This document shows, piece after piece, positions 24,001 to 37,197 of a DNA stretch of 64,000 nucleotides (positions within the stretch are counted from its first letter, which is position 1; each line of letters begins with the position of its first letter). The notes under the pieces were generated by a model. That model was not told where the DNA came from and ran no database searches. It saw nothing but the letters and a program-made list of their open reading frames with translations. Source of the stretch: Selaginella moellendorffii (lineage: Eukaryota > Plantae > Lycopodiophyta); assembly GCF_000143415.4 (NCBI RefSeq), contig NW_003314307.1, positions 11,369 through 75,368 on the forward strand, written 5' to 3'. Made by a program: the position numbers and the translations under genes.

Positions 24001-27000
24001 GACTTGCTAATCAAGATTGGTAAGTTGGAGGGACAAATGCTCTAGTTGAAGGTGTTGATTTCAAAACATGTGGCCCATGGGCCAAGCATAGAAAAGTCTA
24101 TACATGATTACAGACTTGTCAAGTGAGAGGATTGCTATTTGGAGGAACTAAGTTCCTAAGCTGTGATCTATAACGTGCTTTAGAATTCAATTGACACACT
24201 AGAGTCACGTTAAGCATCTTGGGTGATGCCTTCCATAGATGCATATATAGAGGTTAGTTTCGAGTCCCAACCCTATAGTGCTTGAGTTCGAGAGCATGGT
24301 GATGGTTTGGAATATAAGGACACTCATTTTTCAGTGGTTATAAACTCTCAATAAGGAAACTAACTTAGGCGCTTTAAGTATAAGTTGGTGCACCAGTGTG
24401 GGGAGTCACGCTAAGCATCCTATGTGATGCCATCCATAAATGTATATATGAAAGTTGGGTTTGAGTCCCGACCCTCTAGTGCTTGGGTTCGAATCCTAAC
24501 ACACTACCAAGTGGGGGATGCCTCGGAGTCGTAATGTATAGTTAAATTGCTTATTATGAAAACTTGACATATTTAACTTGAACACTTTAGTGCAAGTGGC
24601 ACCAAAGACGTGATACATGATATGGGGACACCTAATCTCAATTACTATGGACCCTTGGTTAGAAGGACTGGCTTGGGTGCACCGCCAAATGTGGGGGAAG
24701 CCCCAAGGTTATGGTCAACAACTTAAAGGTCTATAAGCCTAATACCTATTGACAAATCTATTAAGGTGTCAAAGTGAGATCACTAAATGACCTTATGGTT
24801 AAAGAAGTACAAGGTTCTTATGAGGTTAAGGAATAAGGTTCCTGGTTCAAAGTGTTGATTTGAACTATTAAATGTGGCATGAATTGGTTGAAGTGACCAA
24901 ATGGGAAGCACAGATAAGGGAAATGAGTTATGTCAGTATGGTGACACTCCTTGCACTTGCCAAAGCAAAGCTTTTACTATGGAACTGAAAGGATACTTCA
25001 AAGATAGAAATACTGATTATATGTTGTTTGGTGCAATAATCAAAGGATAGAATTAAAAGACTAATAGCCATGAATGGGTTGTGGAAATCATTGGAAGGAA
25101 TCCAAATGGTAAAGTTAGGTGAGGAACACTCATGTGTTTAATGCTAGCAAACTATGTAAAAAAATATATATTTCTAAGGATGGATTTCTAAATGTTTCAA
25201 TTTGGCAAAAGTGAAAACTCTAATGGAGGGAGTGAAAAGGTGGCCAAATGATAGAGCTATGGACAGCCCTAACACAAATTATAAATACGTGAAACTTAGT
25301 GCCAAGTGTGGCATAAAATAGAAGAGGGGATGATGGTGCCCTCAAGTAAAAAACTTCCTAGGATGGGGAAATGGAGTTTACACCATATGTGCAAATGCAA
25401 GGTGTCAAAGACACCAAAAAAATTGACTTTAAATGTCAAAATAAAAGTTCTAAAGTGTAGAAGTTATGTTGATAAAAGCTAAAACTACTTGTGAATGAGT
25501 AGTGAGATTGAAATAAAGAAGGTGTCTCTAACAGGTTTAGCAAAGAGTAAATCAATAAAGGGAAAGAACAACCCAAGTGGTCAAATGAGTTTCTAAATTA
25601 GAGAGACTATACTCTTTAAGGGATAGGAAAGGTAGAGTGAGCCTTCGGTGTCAAACTATGAACGAATATTAGCTTGGTGCTAAGGATGGAAAGGGTAACA
25701 CAATTACTTTATAAAATTGTTTATCATTTGATGAGGATATCGAATATTGTCTATAAGTGGTGGAGTTGTGAGACACAAATCCCTAACCCCCAAAGTGGAC
25801 TTAAAGCAAAAGCCAAACAAACATATCACATTTGGACTAAAAGCTCCAATTTGAAAAGTCAAGAGTGGGAGTTCCTCCACCGTTTAACAAAGGTGGAAGG
25901 TTGGGAGAGTACAACTCAAGTAAGGCCACGATATTCCAAAATGTTGTCCCAAAGTCCCGAATTGTGGAAAGGAAGAAGAGCAATTCTCTAGTGTAAAGAC
26001 CAAAAGTAAAGGGTTCCAAAAGGATAGTAGGGAGAGTGGGGGTTGGACCCCAGTGGAACCAATTTGGGCAGGAAAGGCTAGTTTGGCCCAGGAAGGCCAT
26101 ACCTAGCTATAGGGTGATGGGGTAACCACTGGGAAGTCCAAGGCTAGAGTGAATACAAACCGATAAACAGGGTAGCTTGGTGAAGTGCTCAAAAGCCGGC
26201 TCTAGTTCTCCGGGAGATCGAATGGTCGATGCTCCCAATCCAAGCATGGGTGGCATTGCCTACTTGGATACTTGGCATTGCTCAAAGGAACCTCACTCTA
26301 AGCCCATGGCTAGAGCACCCAAAAGCGGAAGCCCATGAGGCTTGCGTAGGGCCACGGTGTTCGGAAATGCTGTCCCAAAGTCCTAGACTATGGAAAGGAA
26401 GAGGAGTGGTCCTCTAGTGTAGTGACCAAGGATACGGTCAAGTGATGAGGAAGTCCCAGAGGACAGTGGGACTTAATGGTCGGGCCTGTGGGCCTTGTCC
26501 TAGTGGCAGTGTTGGCAAACATGGATAGAAAAGGGACTTAATGAGGATTGTAAAAGGGATATTGGGGAAGGTTGTTCATCATGTCTGCAGGCATTTTAAG
26601 GATGCTAAGGAGTGGATCTAGGATGATCACTCATGGACAGATGGCCCAGTCTTTGAGAGATAAGAGTGCAATGCAGGTGGTGTTGGATCACCAGTGTGAC
26701 CAAGGTGAATGGGCATGGTCTTAGTGTAATGGGCTGATATATCCATGGTACCTTGCGGTGTTAGTCATAGGATCAGACATTAGAGCACTTGGACCAAGTG
26801 CAAAGGTTGAGTGGCATAGATGCCATTCTCGGGGGTAGCAAGCCCCAAGTCCTTAATTGGACTTATGGAGGTTGTAAAGAGACTCCTTCAAATGGTCGGA
26901 GGTATGGTTAAGTGACTAAAGTAGAATGGAAAAATTAATCACTTACAATTTAGTATCAGAGCTATTCCTTAGTCCAACTTTTATTGGTGCTCAAATATAT

Positions 27001-27039
27001 CACCATTAGTGTTGGCATTGGAAGGTCCTAGGAGTGGGC

Positions 27040-30000
27040 TGTAAGCCACAAATTTTTCCTTTCCAATTTGCCAGCTTACCTCGCCTATCCGTCCAACACC
27101 GCCTTGGCTTTTACTAAGTTCCCTTGCCAAGGTTCTCGCCTATGGTACCAGCTCCTACTTGGTCTCAGCTACTCACTGCACGAGCAACGGAGTGTTAGCC
27201 ATCCATCCACGGATTCCCAAATCACTCCCAATCCCCCTCCCCGGGTTAGACTGGACTTAAGGTTCGGCTACACTCCCCGCAAGCACAAGCAGCCAAGCAC
27301 ACCAAGCTTCCAGGTTCCTAACATCCTTTGGTACCACAAGACTTGATCATGGGACCCTCTAAATCCCAAGTCTTGAGTGCAACACTTGCTTCGGGACGCC
27401 GGGGCGAAACACCGTGGCCTAGCGGCCCGGTATGGGTACCCCTCGCCCCCCCACTTCCATCCCGAAGGAAGGCCCAAGCCCCTAGGCAGGGCGAGGACCA
27501 ATGAGCCGCATGGTACTCAAGTGGGGCACCACTCCACATGAGCCGGGAGCACCGCAATCGGTTTCCCTTTCGGGAGTGGGAGCTGCTCTTGAGCACTTCC
27601 TTGGATGGCCCCTCCGGCACCAGCCAAGTCCATGCTCACTCCCACCCAAGGCCCCTTAGTCCCAGTCCCAACCTCAAGTCGGTTTGGAAGCCCAACTGGA
27701 GAGTCCCTTCAAAACTGGTTCCTGGACCTCACTATCCCTACTATACTTTTGGAACCCCCTGCAGCCCCCCCCCCCTGGGGGACGCACGCTTTGGGCTTTC
27801 ACCCCTTGACCCGTATTAGTATTTGGACTTAGTCTCTGGCTCGATCTCGGATCCGATTTCGGATCCGACTTCGGATTCGGGTTCGGACTCGATCGCGGAC
27901 TCGATCTCGGACCCGATCTCGGGCCCGACCTCGGACTCGATTTCGGACTCGGTCTCGGACCCGATTTCGGATCTCGGACTCCGTCTCGAACTCGGTCTCG
28001 AACTCGGACTCGAACTCGGTCCCCGAGTCGGTCTTGGACTCGATTCCGGACCCTATCTCGAACTCGGTCCTAGAGTCGGTCTTGGACTCGATCTTTGACT
28101 TGGTCCCATCCGATGAACTCTTTGTCATTTTGGTCATGCTTTCGGGGTTCCCTTAGCCTACGACACCTCGGCGAGTTGGTTCCTTACAACTCCACCACCC
28201 ATAGAAGAAGTTCGATGCCCACATCGAACGTCTCTTTTTTATCCTACGACTTGTTGACCATGTCTCCGGGGGCATCCCCCCACTTAGCGGTGTGCCTAAG
28301 TTAGCCTCCCCGGCCAAGAGCTCATGACAACGGAATATAGGTGTCCCCATACTCCACCCCTCACCACGCCCTAGTATAGGGTCGGGACTTGAACCCAGCC
28401 TTGCTTTACTAGGGGGTTGGGACTCAAACCCAACCTCCGTAGAATACGTCTACGGGTTCGACATCCCCGCAGGGAGTCGGGCGTAGCTCCCTACGCCTGG
28501 TCGACCTAGCTAACCCATGCTAATTAGCTTACCTTCGGCGCGCCTTCGGGTCCCAACATATGCCACTTGCTCAACTTTGCAAATATATATATTTTTAATT
28601 GAACTTTGCATAAGTACATAGAGTTCTGCCTTGCAGAAATTCCTCCACTAGATCTCGCGCATTCGCTAGGTTCTCCTCCGGTTCCCATGTTGCTTCGCAG
28701 TGTGGAAATCCTTTCCACTTCACATGGAACTCTCTCACCTCGCATCCTTGTCGCTTGCTCTTGCGCGCATTGAGGATGGCCTCGACTTCGTATTCCTCCT
28801 CCCCTTGGATAACCTCAGGTAAAGGTCTTACTTGGTCCTTGCGAAGCGGATCCTCAAAATACGGCTTGAGTAAGTTCACGTGGAACACGGGATGCATCTT
28901 CCCCATCTCTCGAGGAAGTCGGAGACGGTAAGCCACTTTACCGATTCGAGCCTCAATCTCGTAAGGCCCCGCGAACCTGCTTAAGGAACTCAAGATCAAT
29001 TCATTTACAGGAATACATGCATTTTTACCTTTGGGTCAACTTTCGGCTGATCCCACTTGGTAGCCTGAGGTTCTTGGTGTTCAGCCACACCTTCTCCCCA
29101 GCTTGGAACTCTACATCCCGGCGCTTTAGGTTCGCGTACTTGGTTTGCCTTTGTTGAGCCCGTTCCAAGGAATCCCTCACTAGATTCCAAATGTTGAGTC
29201 TTTCCGCCGTGAATGCCTCCACTGCGGGTAACTCTCCATGATACTCGGCCACGCCGAGTTCCACAAGACCTTCAATAGCTCGCCCATTGATGACTTCCCA
29301 TGGACTCACCCCGATACTCGAATGTGGTGAGTTGTTATAACACATTTCCGCAAGTCCCAAATGACTTACCCAATCGGTCTGGTCTCCCGAGACATAGCAT
29401 CGCAAATAATCCTCCAGCTGCCTATTCACCCTTTCCGTTTGTCCGTCTGTCAAGAAGTGTTAGGACCACCAAACTTGACTTAATACCCCATACCTGTCTG
29501 TGGGTGATAGGCTGTGCTGAATTTCAACTTGGTGCGATACTGTTCCAGGAGGGTCCTCCAGAACCTACTAGTGAAGATCTTATCTCGATCTGAGATAATC
29601 TCTTCTGGCCTTCCCCGCACTCGAACCACTTGTTCGAAGAACAGCTTCGCCACACCTTCCGCATCCACTTCCGTTGTGGTGGGTATGAAATGTGCCATCT
29701 TCGAAAATCGATCCACCACCACGAATATCGCATCGAACCCCTCGCTTGGGGGTAGTCCCGTGATGAAGTCCATCGTAAGACATTTCCACGGACGATCTGG
29801 AATTGGGATGCTTTGCAACAAGCCCCCACTAGCCTTAGTCACGGCTTTGACTTGCTGACATGTTGGACATGTCTTTACATAGTCCTGGACGTCCTTAGCC
29901 ATATCTGGCCAATGGTACTTCCTCTTGAGTAAGCCCATCGTCTTGGGCACTCCGCCGTGTCCCGCAAGAGGTCCGTCATGACACTCTTCTAAGGCTACCT

Positions 30001-33000
30001 TCCTTAGTCCCCCTTCTGGAACATATACCCTCGTTTGCTTGTAATAAATGAGTCCGTTGCGTTCCGCATAGCCCGTTTTCTCTTCCGTTGGCAGCTCACC
30101 TCTCTGGTGAGCTTCCCGCGCCTCCAGATTCCTCAGCAACACTTCTTGTGCTAGACCATCACTCTCGTATGCGGTCCGCACATCGTCCCAAAAGGTTGCT
30201 GTCGCGCTAGATATCGCCAACTTCAAGCTCGCTTTTCGACTGAGCGCATCTGCCACGATGTTGCTCTTCCCAGGCTTGTACAGGATCTCGCAATCAAACT
30301 CGGCCAAAGCATTGGCCCACCGACCTTGTTTTCCCCTTAGGTCGGGCTGTGACAAGAAGTGTTTCGTTGCCACATTGTCCGTGTAAACCTTGAAGTGTCT
30401 CCCAAGGTAGTGTCGCCACTCCTTGAGCGCCTTGACCACCGCAAACAATTCCTTCTCGTGGGCAGGCCACTTCCGTTGAGCCTTGTCCAGTTTCTTCGAG
30501 AAGAACGCTACTGGATGGTTGTCTTGCTTCAAAACTGCGCCCAACGCAAAGTCCGAAGCGTCCGTGTCTACCTCAAAGTCCTTACCAAAGTCTGGTAATG
30601 CCAACACCGGAGCCTTCCTCAACTTCCCTTTGAGGTGGACGAATGCCGCCTCGCATTCCGCTGTCCATACCATCTTCCCTTTTCCTGTTTGGTCCGTTAA
30701 GGGCAGGGCTACTCTCGAATAGTGTCTGATAAACTTTCGATAGTAGTTGCATAGCCCCAGGAACGCCCTCAACTCATGTACATTCGATGGTCGTTCCCAT
30801 TCCTGGATCGCTTGGACCTTCTCCGGGTCCACCTTGAGCCCGTCCTGGCCCACCACATGCCCGAGAAACTTTACCTCTTGTTGAGCAAAGTCACATTTGC
30901 TCTCTTTAGCATACAGTTTGTGTTCCCTTAGTTTCTCAAACACCTTCGCCAAGTGTTCGGCATGCTCCTCTAGCGTCTCGCTATAGATCAGGATGTCGTC
31001 AATATAGACGACCACGAAGCGATCCAGATAGGGTACAAAGATGTGGTTCATCAACGCCGAAAACGTTGCCGGCGCATTGCACAGCCCAAAGGGCATCACC
31101 AAAAACTCAAAGCTCCCATACCTCGTTCGACAGGTTGTCTTCTCGACATCTTCCTCAGCTACCCTGATCTGGTAGTATCCTGACCTTAGGTCAATCCTCG
31201 AGAAGTATTTTGCCTTTCCCAACCTATCGAACAGGTCCTCGATCCTTGGCAAAGGGTACTTGTTCTTCTTGGTATATTTGTTGAGCAACCGGTAGTCTAT
31301 GCACATGCGCATAGATCCATCTTTCTTTTTCACAAATAGCACCGGCGCCCCATACGGCGACTTGCTCAACCTAACATACCCTTTGTCCACCAACTCCTCT
31401 AGTTGGCTCTTGAGCTCCTTGAGTTCTTTTTCGTTCAATCGATAGGGTGGACGAACCACCGCCTCAGCACCCTCGACCAGCTCAATCTTATGTTCTATCG
31501 GTCGTGCGGGGGGCAATCCCGCCGGTAGCTCCTCCGGCATCGCATCCTGGAATTGGTCCAGCACCTGCTGGATCACTAAAGGTACTTCTTCCGTTCTTGT
31601 CTTTTTGTCACTCTTTACCGAGAGTAAGCACAAAAAGGCTGCCTTAGTTCCTTTAGTGAGTTGTCCTCTCGTGGACACCAGGTTTAAGCATGACTCTTTG
31701 GCCTTGCTTTGCCCTACCTTTAGATCCTGGGCCTCCACCCTAGATCTTCTTCCTTGGGCATTCGCCAATACCACAAGGTTCCTACCTTGTCCATGCAGGG
31801 CTACCACGAACCGATTAAACCAATCCATTCCGAAGATCACGTCAAATCCCGCCATGTCCAAGACGGTGAAATCCATGTCCACTTTCCATGTCCCCACTTC
31901 GACTCTCGCTTGTCGAAGTACCTCATCGGTGCTTTGGCTACCTTGAACAAACTCTATAGTCCTTGGTTCGCCTAGCCGCTGCACCGTTAGTCCGGCTTGC
32001 CGGACTATGTCTGCAGCCACAAAATTATCCGAAGCACCCGTGTCAATAAGGATCTTAACAAAGCTACCTCCGAGCTTCCCTCGGAGGGCTAGTAGATGTC
32101 GCGAACGACTCTCTACCAAAGTTGCTCGTGTAATGAGTAACTTTGAGTTAGGGACTGGATCACATACCTCAGTTTGGACTTCACCCGACTTGATGGCCAT
32201 ATTGGCTCTGGCCTTCTTCGGGTAGGGACATTCCCTCGAGAAGTGTCCCGCTTCGCCGCAGTTGTAGCATACGTTGTTGCCCACGCTGCTATACGACTTG
32301 ACCTTCTTATCCGTGGGTTTGTCCTTTTTCGCTTGACTTCCCCACGTACTCGCTCGCTGGCCACCGGATTTGCCTTTCCGGAACCCCGAGGACTCATTCT
32401 TAGAGAAACTCTTCTTGAATTTCCCCTTGCTATATGTTCCCCTCGGTTTGGCCCCTTTGTGAAACGTGGATCCCGACCCCGTCGTGTTCCCCTTTCGCAG
32501 GTTATCGTTGAAATGCACCTTGATGGCCGCATCCAACGCTTCCTTGTAGTTGGTCGGGTTCCAGCGCATTACCTCACCGCGAGCCCAGGTTTGCAAACCT
32601 GATATAAATGCATGGAACGCATCCATATCCCCCATGTCCGTGACAAGTATCCTCTTTGCCATGAACCCATTCACATATTCCTGGATGGTTCCAGTCTGCT
32701 TCAGCCTACTCAACTCATCTCTCAGATGCAGAGTGGCATTCGGAGGAACGTATGTCGCGCGGATCCTCGCCTTCATCATGTCCCAGGTGGCCACCGGTCC
32801 TTCGTTGGCCTCCGTTGTTCTCCACCAAGACTTGGCATTATCTGCCAAGTATGGTTTTGCACATGGGACCTTCTCCGAGCTCGGTAACCGCAACGCTCGG
32901 AAGTAGTCCTCCATATCGTAAAACCAATCCTCCACCACCTTATAGTCGTTCACTCCCTTGAACACCGGTGGGGGCTTTGGTTTGTACTTGGGAACTGCCT

Positions 33001-34575
33001 GAGGGACTGATTCCACTTCGGTCTGTTCGACCTTGTCTGGTTTTGCCTCAGTCCCTGCCGAAGGGTCCGCACCTTCTGCGCTGCCAGCATCCGCAGTCTT
33101 TCGCTTTTTCTTCCGCTTCTCGTCACGCTTTAACTTGCGTACGAGAGTCTCCAGCAGGGCATTGGTCTGTGCCAACTGTCCTTCTAGCACGTCCAATCGA
33201 GCCTTGGACGACCGAACCTCGCCACCGGACTCTTGTTTGGAAGTTTCCTCACTGGAGTCCTCCTCATGCAAGGATTCCTCATCCATAGCCTCTTGTTCAA
33301 CTGGAGGCTCCAGCTCCGGCGGAGGTTCCGTCTCCGCCTGGGTTCGCTTACGCCCTGCCCTTGCCATCTCCCAGCAATCCGCCTCTATCCTTCGCTAGAA
33401 CTGAGATAAAGGCTCCGATACCAAATTGTAAGCCACAAATTTTTCCTTTCCAATTTGCCAGCTTACCTCGCCTATCCGTCCAACACCGCCTTGGCTTTTA
33501 CTAAGTTCCCTTGCCAAGGTTCTCGCCTATGGTACCAGCTCCTACTTGGTCTCAGCTACTCACTGCACGAGCAACGGAGTGTTAGCCATCCATCCACGGA
33601 TTCCCAAATCACTCCCAATCCCCCTCCCCGGGTTAGACTGGACTTAAGGTTCGGCTACACTCCCCGCAAGCACAAGCAGCCAAGCACACCAAGCTTCCAG
33701 GTTCCTAACATCCTTTGGTACCACAAGACTTGATCATGGGACCCTCTAAATCCCAAGTCTTGAGTGCAACACTTGCTTCGGGACGCCGGGGCGAAACACC
33801 GTGGCCTAGCGGCCCGGTATGGGTACCCCTCGCCCCCCCACTTCCATCCCGAAGGAAGGCCCAAGCCCCTAGGCAGGGCGAGGACCAATGAGCCGCATGG
33901 TACTCAAGTGGGGCACCACTCCACATGAGCCGGGAGCACCGCAATCGGTTTCCCTTTCGGGAGTGGGAGCTGCTCTTGAGCACTTCCTTGGATGGCCCCT
34001 CCGGCACCAGCCAAGTCCATGCTCACTCCCACCCAAGGCCCCTTAGTCCCAGTCCCAACCTCAAGTCGGTTTGGAAGCCCAACTGGAGAGTCCCTTCAAA
34101 ACTGGTTCCTGGACCTCACTATCCCTACTATACTTTTGGAACCCCCTGCAGCCCCCCCCCCCTGGGGGACGCACGCTTTGGGCTTTCACCCCTTGACCCG
34201 TATTAGTATTTGGACTTAGTCTCTGGCTCGATCTCGGATCCGATTTCGGATCCGACTTCGGATTCGGGTTCGGACTCGATCGCGGACTCGATCTCGGACC
34301 CGATCTCGGGCCCGACCTCGGACTCGATTTCGGACTCGGTCTCGGACCCGATTTCGGATCTCGGACTCCGTCTCGAACTCGGTCTCGAACTCGGACTCGA
34401 ACTCGGTCCCCGAGTCGGTCTTGGACTCGATTCCGGACCCTATCTCGAACTCGGTCCTAGAGTCGGTCTTGGACTCGATCTTTGACTTGGTCCCATCCGA
34501 TGAACTCTTTGTCATTTTGGTCATGCTTTCGGGGTTCCCTTAGCCTACGACACCTCGGCGAGTTGGTTCCTTACA
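27040..34575 (-). mobile_element. Intact Ty3/gypsy chromovirus (element B), LTRs 27040-28188 and 33427-34575 (1149 bp each)
   Basis: TG..CA termini, perfect TSD TGGGC (27035-27039, 34576-34580), PBS TGGTATCGGAGCC, PPT GGGTGGTGGAGT. The LTRs look identical. Confidence 0.97.
28595..33367 (-). CDS. Gag-PR-RT-RH-INT-chromodomain polyprotein; predicted exons 33367-29494, 29446-29029, 28976-28595 (1557 aa spliced)
   Basis: All domains are present (INT HHCC: H..H..CPTC; MDF / SDRD / QTER). Removing the 47-nt and 52-nt GT-AG segments restores HPQT-DGQTER and KLTQR-FAGPY in one frame. Confidence 0.9.
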
Positions 34576-37002
34576 TGGGCCTATCCTTGAGGAGTAGCAA
34601 GTTGGGAAGACATGGCTCTCCACTATAGTTCATGTGTGAACTTGTAAGTGAGGTGGCAGATAGAAAAGGGCCAATAATGGAATGACTTCGGGATCTTGGG
34701 AATAGTATAAAGTTTTCCTCAAAGTGTTGATGATGTAATCCAAATAAGCATTTGACTTAGCAAACTGACTAATGTAGTTGCGGTAAACAACTATAGTTGG
34801 GATCACGGAAAAGATAGAGACTCCAAAACAATAAAGGAGTCACAAGATTATCCTCATATAATTGAGGCTGGTGCTCATGAATTTGAAACCAGAATTAATG
34901 ACCATGAGAGGTGATATACGGATGAGGACACAAGTCCTTGAAATGGTAGCCAAGGCTACCTTTAATAAATGCTAGAACAACCTAAAGAATTAGGGGTGTA
35001 CTTAGAGGATGAGTTGGTATTTTCATCACATGTACAAATAGTCCTAAAGGGCAAAGGTGGCCCATATGAAACAAAGAATAATCAAGTGTCAGTAACACTT
35101 GCAAGAATGGTCCTTATATGTGGTATATGAATACAAGAAGTTGTATTCTAACGAGCTGGCACCTCAAAAATGGGACCTTATAGGTCATCAAATTAGTGAA
35201 TCCAAAAAGCTAGATAACTCAAGTGAAGTTAAGGAATGGTCTCAAAAGACTGGTGGAAGCATTTGGACTAAGGTGTGTTATACCCTATGAAGATTGGGGA
35301 TGATCATAAGATCCAAGTGTGAGAACAATAAGTATCTCATTAATGGTAGAATGTGCCATATTAAAGTTATAGGAAAGAGGTTCCCAGAAGAAAGCAACTT
35401 TGTTACAAAGTTGTGTGTAAACTATAAGGTGTAATGTTAACGGATAGTTGGTATGAGAAACAACTATATTGGTCTTGGCAAAGACCTAGACACAAGTAAC
35501 TTCATGTCATAAAGGTAGGCTCGTAGAGCTGATAGTGTGGAGACACCGAATGTGCTAACGCATGATGCTTTGAGGTCAAGTTGGCAGGTTCATGAGAACC
35601 CTTTCCCAAAGGAATAGTAATGGAAATAGGAATGGCATAACCTAAGCTAGAAAGCATGCAATTAGAGTGTGGTAACCCAAAATAATGATGGAGGTGTGAA
35701 AGCACCAACAATGAGTTGTAGGATTTGACAACTGTGAGGCAACTAAACAAAAATGTGCAAAATAATTGATTAAAGTGGTAGAAGGTAACTACATAAGACT
35801 TCTTATTGGGATAAGGAAGTTAGACATACCCTTATAGAGGATAAATTGCTCATGTTCCAATAATAAATCAATATCATAAAGGGAATGTTTATTGCCAAAG
35901 AAGGCCATTATTAGGACACCCAAACACTCTAAAACATTAGGAAGTGGTGTTTAGTGTCGTGAGGGCATTAGATAAGGTCCAAAGGATTAAGTCCTTAGTG
36001 AATGATAGATAGGAGGTGCTATCCAAACATACAAGGTTGCAAAGATGGGAGAAGTTCGTCTACCCAAATTAGACAAAGCCAAAAAGGGATTTTTGCAAGG
36101 CTAGTCAAGGGCATATAAAGGCTCATAAGTAGCAACATTAATCCCAGTGTGTAAGATTACAAAGTGAGTATACCTAAATTGAGAAACCACTCCCTAAGCT
36201 ATCAGGTAGGTTCATCCCTATGAATACTTGCTAAGGCATGATAGAAAGTGTAAAGCTATCCTCCTAGTTTTGAGGAGAATGACCGAAGGAAACATATGAG
36301 GCCTAAAAGCAAGTAATAAAGAGATAAAACTAAATCACAAGAATCGAAGGGCATAACCAAGAGTGGTTATGCAAAATTGAGAGTGGAGAATCAAGTGGGG
36401 GCTCAAGGAGTTTATTATTAGCAACTGTGATGCTATAGAGAGTTTAAATATAGAATTATCCATGTTAGACCATGTGGTAATTAGAAAGCTTGCAAAAAGA
36501 GAAGCCTCAGCAAGCTAAGGAACAAAGTTCCTTCAAAGTTCCCAAAGACAATTCTAGGTAGATAAGTACTTAAAAAACCAAGTGTAAATGGTTCATAAAG
36601 TGCACAAAATTAGAGTGGTGCAATAGAAGCGTGGTCTTGAAGCTTGCCATGAGGTGAGGCTATCAAGGTTAGGGAAGTAGTTCCCAAGTGTTCAAAGAGA
36701 GAATTTTGAATGAAAGTCGATGGTTAAGAACTTTCAAACTTATGTATGAACCATATTACGATGGTCGGATGATTTGCTAGGTAAGATTGGTAAGTCGGGG
36801 GAACAAATACCCTAGTTGAAGGTGCTAACTTCAAAAGGGGTAACTCATGGGGCCAAACATGGAGGAGTCCATGCATGATCATAGATATGTCAAGTGAGAG
36901 GACTTGAGAGTGCGGAGGAAGTAAGTTTCTAAGCTGTGATCTATAGTGCACTTTAAGTATAAATTGGTGCACCGATGTGGGGAGTCACATCAGGCATCTT
37001 AT

Positions 37003-37197
37003 TGTAAACTCCTAAATTTGGACTTCCCGGGAGGTCACTTAGCCTAGTACTATTCAAACCCAAGGACGCTTAACCCCAAGTATCCCAAGACCCTTAATCG
37101 ATTGGAAAAAGGGGTGCACTTTTGTTCATGGGCCCTTTCCCTTTATATTTGAACCCCAACGGATCATCTCTCAAGTCATTCCCTTTGGTTGCTTACA
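37003..37197 (-). mobile_element. Solo Cassandra-type LTR (195 bp)
   Basis: Homologous to 8163-8356. Flanks CTTAT/TCTAT both derive by one C>T change from CCTAT, seen at the empty homologous site (~24419). Confidence 0.9.
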
